From: Octopus sinensis
Taxonomy: Eukaryota
Assembly (NCBI RefSeq): GCF_006345805.1
Contig: NC_043007.1
Coordinates: 49,104,001 to 49,168,000 of the forward strand
Length of the DNA stretch: 64,000 nucleotides
Reading direction: 5' to 3'
Made by a program: the position numbers and the translations under genes
Notes under the pieces: generated by a model
Told to the model about the DNA's origin: nothing
Databases searched by the model: none
Seen by the model: only the letters and a program-made list of their open reading frames with translations
Shown: in pieces, positions 55,963 to 64,000 of the stretch
Position numbering within the stretch: the stretch's first letter is position 1
Layout of the letters: each line of letters begins with the position of its first letter

Positions 55963-56562
55963 CGTTTATAAATAATACCGGCACCCATAGCCCTTGGTAA
56001 CAAATTCTGAAATAGCCTTTAGATATCTACGATTATCCACTGCAAGGGGAATTACTCCTGTAAGACAAACGGGGCTTGGTTTTTTCACAGCGGGGGGTTT
56101 CCTTGACAAGGCAGGCTCAGATGAACACACACACACATAAAACATAATATATATATATATTTTTTTCTTTCTGCCACCCAACGGTTATCACGGCAGTAGC
56201 CACTGACAGCCGAACGATCAAACGCACACACGTACACAAAAAGTTTTTTCTACCCCTACGCCAACACACACATATATAGAACAGTATACACACACACACG
56301 TCTCTAAGTAGATTTTTTCTAGCCCCTTATAAAACATCCAATATTCCTTAAATAGTCAGAACTTTATTCTCGGTCACTAAGAACATCTATACACCCTCAC
56401 CCACATGATTGACCGATGCCTGACCTGTAGAATTCTTCAGCCACCGGTTCTCAGCAAACACTGATAAACAGTTTCGCCATGGGCTCTTAGGAGCATAGTT
56501 CGATTTGGTTTTTGCTCCGCCTCTGTTTCTGTTTTTGTTTCTCTAACGGATTTCCTTTTTTC

Positions 56563-56642
56563 TTCCTGAAGAGAAAGACACAATATGGTCCCATTATTCA
56601 ATCGGATTTTGGTAATTTGTGCCTTTCGAAACACGTGTAGAA
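56563..56642 (+). ncRNA. Type I hammerhead ribozyme, sense to the GIY-YIG ORF
   Basis: UUC-CUGAAGA-GAAAG A CACAA..UUGUG C CUUUC-GAAA-CACGUG-UA-GAA. Confidence 0.8.
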
Positions 56643-56851
56643 TGAAATAAAACGATTTCTGTTCAATCTGCGTTCAGCTCCATTTCCTCAATTCACCAAT
56701 AATGTTTTAATTTCAATTATCCGCACCAACGCACGGTTGCAACGCCAGATGGTTGTACCTCCAACCGTGCTGTTTACTGCTGTGATTTTTGCTACTAAGG
56801 TATCGGTTAACTTTTGATTAATCTACAACAAGATTATTCATCTTTCTATTT

Positions 56852-56892
<41 letters not shown>

Positions 56893-56958
56893 CTAAAATA
56901 TATATATATATATATATGTAAATTTTTTTCTTTTTTCTAGGTCAACACCTCTTGAAAA

Positions 56959-58391
56959 ATGAGACAGAAGAGTCTGTTATTCAGTTTAATGGTGCTATGC
57001 ATGATTGTATGTTTAAAGAGGGCCAACAGTAAGAATATTTTAAACATAGCATGGCCTGGTTACAGTCACGTAAATCCAATGATTTCTATTGCGAAAGAAT
57101 TATCAAAGTATGGTCATAATAACTATTTTATACTAAACAAAAAACTCACTAAAACTTTCAAAACGAACAGAACATAAATATACTTCCAATGGATGAGATC
57201 CCAGAAATTGAAGAAATTCGCACTAGTTCAGAGAAACAAGTATCAGGAAAATTATACATGATGAAAAACGCCTTAACTTTATTCCTTGTAGTGTGCGAGA
57301 GATTTTTAACGAATGAAAAATGGATTGAAATGTTGAGAGCAGTGAATGCTAGTTTAGCTGTTATTAATGGACCATTTCCGACAAATTGTCTTACAACAAT
57401 TGCCTATCAATTACCAATTCCGTTTGTTCTGACAGGATGTGAGATATTTCCTAGTCTTCATCCTATTCCATGAAACCCCAGTGTTTTTCCAAACAGCTTA
57501 CTCTCATCCTCCGATAAGATGACATATCCGGAAAAGTTAATAAGTACTTTGGTTGCTATTGTAGACTACAGTATTCCTCCTATTGGAGCGCCTATACACA
57601 GCGTCAAAACATATGCGAAGGACAAACCTGATATTTCATTCATAGATTTGCTATATCAGGCAAAATTTTATCTTATTGAAAAAGATGTACTTCTAGATTA
57701 TCCACTACCACAACTTCCAAATGTAAGATACGTTGGTGGTCTGGCTACAAAACGCTCATTGCCTTTGAAGGGAGAATTAGTGAAATTCGTAAATGCATCT
57801 AAGAATGGAATAGTTGTGGTGTCATTTGGCAGTAATATCAATGATTTCCCTGCTGTTCAATTAAAGAAACTACAAAGTGCATTGAAACAAATAAAATATG
57901 ATGTTGTGTGGAGACAGAAGAAAACATCATTTTCTCATAAGAATATTTATATCAGTGATTGGGTACCACAAAATGATCTACTTGGCCATCCTAAAACAAA
58001 ATTATTTGTTACTCATTGTGGAAATAGCGGTCAGTTTGAAGCTTTGTTCCATGGTGTACCAATGCTGGGAATGCCTTTATTTGGAGACCAACATTATAAC
58101 TCTCGCAGAATGACCGAGAAAGGATACGGATTGTCTCTAGATATAGAGAACTTCACTCCGGAGGAATTAATAGAGAAAATGAATGAACTAATTGAAAACA
58201 AAACATATTCTGAGAAAATTAAAAGAGCTAGTGAAATATTTCATTCTCGGCCCGAATATCCAGCGAAGAAATCAGCCCGCCATATTGATCACATCTTGAA
58301 ATATGGTGGAGAATATCTAAAATCTCCATGTCAAGAGAGTCTATTGTATGAATTTTTAATGATCGATGTATTATTTTTTATATATTTAATA
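56959..58391 (+). pseudogene. Type B UGT pseudogene: frameshift near 57160, TGA at 57471-57473, TM/C-terminus truncated at a Helitron end
   Basis: Three consecutive ORF pieces 56959, 57189 and 57519; AG acceptor at 56940. Confidence 0.85.
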
Positions 58392-59669
58392 CTAGCAGAG
58401 ATACCCGGCGTTGCCCGGTTACATTCAATTGAAGAATTAGACCTTTCCGTTATATTTTCTGTAATGAAGTGGAATATCTATGATTCTAATTTCATCAAAA
58501 TTGTAATCGTGCCACATGTATCCTATACTACTTATTTTTATGTGCTTATTCCAAAATCCCAGTCTTATTGAACCCGTTAAAAAGATTTTGCTCCTGAAAA
58601 ATGAAGGTCATGGAGCTCTAAAATGTGAGAGTTAAGGTCCCTGTTGGGGGTGGGCATCTTAATGTCAACCAGAGAAGTTGAATTGTTGAGAATCTTTTTA
58701 ACTTGGGTCTTATATCTATTGTTTGAATTTCTTTGAAATAGGAAATATATGTTCACTGGGTTTGTAAAAGAGAGCAACGCTACAGGAAACCAAAAGACAA
58801 ATGATCACGATAAGCAGTCAGTTACCCTACCCTATTTGGTAGCACTTCCAATGTAGGATTCCTCACCATCCAGGTGACAGGCACAGCCGTAAGATGCATT
58901 ACGAATGTATAGCAATTGGAAGGGCGTGACCCAGCTGAAATCAACATTAACAACTGTGTGACGTGAGGTCTAAGGAGAAATTAAAGTGTCACCTCTGGAG
59001 TTTGCAAATGACCACTATACTGATACGTAACTGGACAGAATAAATTTACAATCTATGAATGTCTTTGAATAACCAGGCCTTGAAATCAATGTTGCCATCT
59101 GGGGACTATGTGTGACCCAGTGATAATAAAAAAGACTGAAAGGAGGTCTGCAATCAAATAACTTTATTCAACACTTTGCAACTGAATCAGTGGAGGCAAA
59201 GATGCCTCTCATTTACTTGACAATTTATGCAGCACATTGCAGAAATAACAATGTAAGTGTATGTCAAAGCAAACTGTTACACTGTTGTACCATTGAATTA
59301 GAAATAATGCTCAACTTTTATGCTCGGGTAACCCTACAGCTTCCAAGAGCACAACTGTATTCGTTTTTGCTTAGATAAAATGACTAAATTGTGGGTGTTA
59401 AGTCCTCACGGCGGGGTCTTTCTAACTTGTAAGAAGATGAAATTTTATAAATATTACTTCATTTGTGTCTAATATCTATGGTTAAAATTTCATCAACAGC
59501 AACAATATATGAATTGTTATCGGGATATGGCCCTAATGCATAGAATATAATTTCCAAATTTCATAAAGATCCATTCAGTACTTTTGACCTAGTTTTGGAT
59601 CATAAAAGAAATGACTAAAATTTGGGAGTTAAGGCTCCCGTTAGGGTGTTATATATATATATAGATAGA
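58392..59669 (-). mobile_element. Non-autonomous Helitron
   Basis: Minus-strand 3' end ccgggcaacgccggg-tatctctg-CTAG|T, similar to 10633-10661; candidate 5' end A|TCTATCTATATA at 59669. Confidence 0.65.
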
Positions 59670-59940
59670 TATACATACACACATACAAAGATAAATTGAT
59701 AGATACAACTGAGTGGGCAAACAAAAATATGAGACACAGCCTAGTGCTTTCTTTTGTGTTGATAAGCCTGGTACTTATTCTATTAGTTTGTTCTTGTGAA
59801 ACCAGTAAGTTATGTGGATGGTAAATAAATGAACAGCAGTTGTGAAGCAGTGATGAGGGAGAAACACAAAGACACACACATAGACTTACATATATATATT
59901 ATTGATTTGTTTCAGTTCCTGTCTACGAAATCCATATATA

Positions 59941-61790
59941 TTGTTGTTCGCATCCTTTTTGCCTTGGGAGACAATGGAGTTGTGTATAAAATAATCTAGT
60001 CAGGCTTTTACATTTCATGTCCTAATACATCTCCTGCTGTAGCTGTGTAGTCCTATCCCCGACAAACACTCCCTCTGGCAGGTGCTGCAAATGTAGCGAA
60101 GACTTTGCCTTGCTGGTTGTAATGTCATAGTTTCTTGTTGACATCTTTTCTTGTCGTTCCATTTCTCCTCTCTCTCTATGTCACTCCTTTGTGTTCCCTC
60201 ATTTACAGTACGTCGCCAATCTCTACGGTTGCTGGCAACTGCTTCCCAGTTGGTAATATTGATGTTGCAGGCATTCATGTCCCTTTTGTAAACATCCTTG
60301 TATCGTAAGAATAGTCTTCCCGCAGACCTAGTGTCCCTAGCAAGCTCTCCGTTGAGTATGTCCTTGGGGATTCTGCCATCTTCCATACAGCTAACATGTC
60401 CAAGCCATCTCATACGTCTTTGTGTGAGGAGTGCAAACATGCTTGGTATTCCTGCTTCTTTGAGGATATCTTTTTGGGGGACATGATTCTGCAATTTGAT
60501 GCAAAGGATCTGCTTCTTCTAAAGCCACACTGCGATTCCGGATAAACTCGAGAAGCAAACAGTTGTAGCCTGGACAACAGGATAATGCGAGCAAAGGCCT
60601 TTCCAACAGTGCTTAGAAGAGATATTCCACGGTAATTGTTACAATCACCACAGTCACCTTTGTTTTTGTAAAGCGTAATGATGTTAGCGTCCCACATATC
60701 CTGAGGGACTGTTCCCTCTTCCCAGCACTGACACAGAAGCTCATGAAGGTGCCGAAGCAGGATGATATTTTTGCCAGTTTTGATGATCTCTAAGGGGATG
60801 CCGTCTTTTCCTGGAGCCTTGTTACTTGCTAGGGAGTCAATAGCCTTGGTGAGCTCTGCTATAGATGGCAGACTGTCAAGTTTGCACATAACTGGCAAGA
60901 TCTTGACACCCTCGATTGCAGCCTCAGCTACCGTGGTCTCCCGTGAGTAGAGATCCTGGTAGTACTCCAACCATCTATCCATTAGCTTGCTTTGGTCCTT
61001 GATGAGATCTCCAGTAGTTGATTTCAGAGGGGCTGACTTGGTTGCGGATGGGCCGAGGGCCTTCTTCAAACCGGCATACATCCCACGGGTGTCGTCACTG
61101 TCAGCAGCTGACTGGATACTCTGACAGATTTCCTGCCAATACTTATTTGCAGAGCGTCTGGCAGTCAGTTGGGTTTTATTTCATTCCTTTCTGAGTTCTT
61201 CGAGTGACATTGTAGAAGAATCCCTCTTGTATTGCATCAGAGCTGCACGCTTTGCTTCGATAACTGTTTCCAACTCTGAAAGCCCAGCATTGAACCAATC
61301 TGGGTTTTGCCTTTCTCTCATGCCGAAAGTATCTATTGATGTGGTAAACAAAGCTTCCCTGATATAATTCTACCTACTTTCAGCAGAGGAGGTTGGGCAG
61401 CTTCTGAGGGCAACTTTGATAGAAACAGCAAAATATTGTCGCAGTGTAGGGTCTGAGGTTCTGGCAGAGTTAATGTGTGGTCGGCCCATTTTCTTGGAGT
61501 GATGGACATTTTTAGGCATAATCTTCACCCTGCTTCTTATTAGTGAATGATCTATGTCACAATCCACGCTGTGGTAACTACTGGTCAGTTGAACAGAATT
61601 CAGAAAGGAACTTCGTGTAAAGATGAGATCCAGCTGATGCCAGTAGTGAGATCTTGGATGTCTCCAGATGCCTTGTGGGATGTCTTGTTGGTGAAGAATG
61701 TGTTAGTGATGCACAGGTTATGGTATGTGCAAAATTCAAGTAGTCTCTGACCATTGCCATTCATGTTGTCAATACCAAAACACATACACT
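59941..61790 (-). mobile_element. RTE-clade (BovB-like) LINE with part of the AP endonuclease and a large internal RT deletion
   Basis: NGNGQRLLEFC..LCITNTFF, DCDIDHSL, KAPGKDGIP, NYRGISLLS, WLGHVS; 3' end matches 29721-30290. Confidence 0.9.
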
Positions 61791-61847
61791 TTCATATATA
61801 CATACGTATATACACGATTAATTTGTTTCAGTTCCAGTCTACGAAAT

Positions 61848-61921
<74 letters not shown>

Positions 61922-62112
61922 ATAATAAATATTAGGGAATAAATCCAAATTTACAGGGAAAAATCAGATTTAGGATTGAATCCAATTTTATAGTAAAATA
62001 TTATATTATATTTAATTAGAGACAAAACCACTATTATGCAAATCAAACAAAGAAAGACTTAAGCCAATACATAAATTATTTATATAAATTTAGAAATTTA
62101 ACAATTATAAAT

Positions 62113-62173
62113 AACCACTACGATCGTTTCATGTCTTATTTCAGCACATCTTTGAGACATTCTTCAGGTGGTT
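62113..62173 (-). ncRNA. Type I hammerhead ribozyme, canonical
   Basis: AACCAC-CUGAAGA-AUGUCU..AGACAU-GAAA-CGAUCG-UA-GUGGUU; ~200 bp from a (TA)n tract. Confidence 0.85.
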
Positions 62174-62554
62174 TCAAAACCTAAAATATAATCAATATTT
62201 TTAAGATATAAATAATCTATATAATCAAAGAAAATTTACTTTTAATAAGCTCTATTATTAAATATGATTATATCGAAATCGACTATAATGTTAGATATTA
62301 ACTTTAATTTATAAGGTAGAAAATCCATATTCTAATATCCATTTTAGTCTATATCTACTTATATAGATATTTGAAATGACTAATATATATAAATTATCAA
62401 TGAAAATATATATAAATATTATAATCAAGATCTAAAATAATCTCTATAAACGATTGTATATAATGAAAACCTAATATATTTAATTTCTCATATTTAAAGA
62501 TAAAATAGCTATTTCAAAATACAAAAAATATATATATATATGCTCATGCTCATA

Positions 62555-63040
62555 TATACATGTATGTATATAAACATATCTAAATACGTACAAAAACCCA
62601 CACACACATATATATATCTATACATACACATATACATATAGACACGGATATATTATGCATACTCGCACACACACACATATAATCACTCATTCATAAACAT
62701 ATACGTTCAGCAAGACACTAACACAGAGGAGAAATAACATCCAATAGCCGCAGATACTCAACCACATACTTATAGAAATAATTATTCTTAGTAAATACGT
62801 AAACAAACACACACACACATATATATATCAATACATACACAAATACATATAGACACGGATATTTTATAAAGCAGTCCTATATTTCTACACATTAATTATG
62901 CATACTCGCACACACACACATACAATCACTCATTCATTAACGTATGCACACTACAAGACACTAACACAGAGGAGAAACAACATCCATTAGCCACATTTAC
63001 TCAGCCACATACTTAAAGGAATATTCCATACTTAGTAATA
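62555..63040. repeat. Degenerate tandem duplication of a ~240-bp CA-rich unit
   Basis: Repeated catatagacacggatat, attatgcatactcgcacacac and caagacactaacacagaggagaaa blocks. Confidence 0.7.
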
Positions 63041-63864
63041 TAGTATTAAAAAATACTATAAGTACTATAAACAAAATTATGAATGGGAATATTATCTAAT
63101 ATAAATTATGCTATTATATTAGACATGGCCTAAACCATCTTCAGTCGAAACCTATCTAATTTATCAAAGTTTATCTAAATTATTTAATAACTAATAACAT
63201 AGAAAATTACAATAAATAGATCATTACATAAACAGCAATATTAACATAAGAAGAATATTATTACTCCTAAGGCTTATACAATATTAAAAATTAACATTTG
63301 GAGATCTTAAAAGATACGTACCTTCTTGGCGAATTTTAAACTATGAACTAAATTTGAATCACTAACATCTTAAACAGCGTTTAAGAGAAAACTCATAGAA
63401 TTATGTTATAAGCAAAAAATAGAATAAATTTTTGATAAATTCTTTGCGCGTGATGAACCAACGTTATTTAAAGATTATGAATGGAAAATTATATGTTTAT
63501 CATTGTAAATAGAATATTCACAAATAAAGAATAAAATCTCACTATAAATTTATATAGTAATCTCCCTACATATTATAAATTATTTCCCATACCCTTATTC
63601 ATAATCTAAGATTAGTATTCATAACAAATCTAACTATACTAATCAAAATATAGTATAACCATACATACGTATACATAAATATATAATAAACTATCCAAAC
63701 ATATACATGTACATATACATATATACACATATACACATATACATATACATGTACAAATACGTATATACACACATACACATATACATACATATACATATAC
63801 ATACACATATACACATAAAGACACACACATAGACTTACATATATACATACATACACATACAATT

Positions 63865-63990
63865 GATTTCTTTCAGTTTCTGTCTACAAAATCTACTGAC
63901 AAGGCTTTGGTTGGTCTGAGGCTATAGCAGAAGACGCATGCCAAGTTACCACACAGTGGGACTGAACTGAGGACCATGTGTTTTGGAATC
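63865..63990 (-). mobile_element. SINE 5' part, same family as 22989
   Basis: tttcagtttctgtctac..aaggctttggttggtctgaggctatagcagaagac..ccaag..cagtgggactgaac. Confidence 0.7.
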
Positions 63991-64000
63991 AATTTTGTTA

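Larger units (their letters stand above)
54693..56850 (+). mobile_element. 5'-truncated Penelope-like element: GIY-YIG segment between ~755-bp near-identical inverted repeats
   Basis: Arms 54693-55447 and 55952-56708; ~140-bp unique extension after the right arm; (TA)n on both sides. Confidence 0.85.

Noticed and set aside
63130-63600. Possible degraded endonuclease fragment
   Set aside because: Too many stops and no recognisable motif

Overview
AT-rich, microsatellite-saturated eukaryotic DNA. The SINE, LINE and microsatellite content resembles a coleoid cephalopod such as Octopus; this is inferred and not checked against a database. The only host genes are a tandem cluster of single-coding-exon, membrane-bound UDP-glycosyltransferases (UGT, GT1 family) at about 31.5-58.4 kb: three intact ORFs plus five truncated, inverted or disrupted copies. 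The rest is mobile DNA: Penelope-like elements (RT and GIY-YIG fragments), CR1/L2-group LINEs, RTE/BovB-like LINEs, R4/Dong-like fragments, two Helitron pieces and several tRNA-derived SINEs. The most notable signal is invisible in the ORF track. At least 14 minimal type I hammerhead ribozyme motifs, from about 8 families with no evident similarity outside the core, can be folded by eye. Most sit next to (TA)n tracts, either in a 457-481 bp tandem array (retrozyme-like) or in long inverted repeats. Three lie on the sense strand upstream of UGT coding exons. Almost all short 'YIYI/HTHT/CVCV' ORFs are microsatellite translations.
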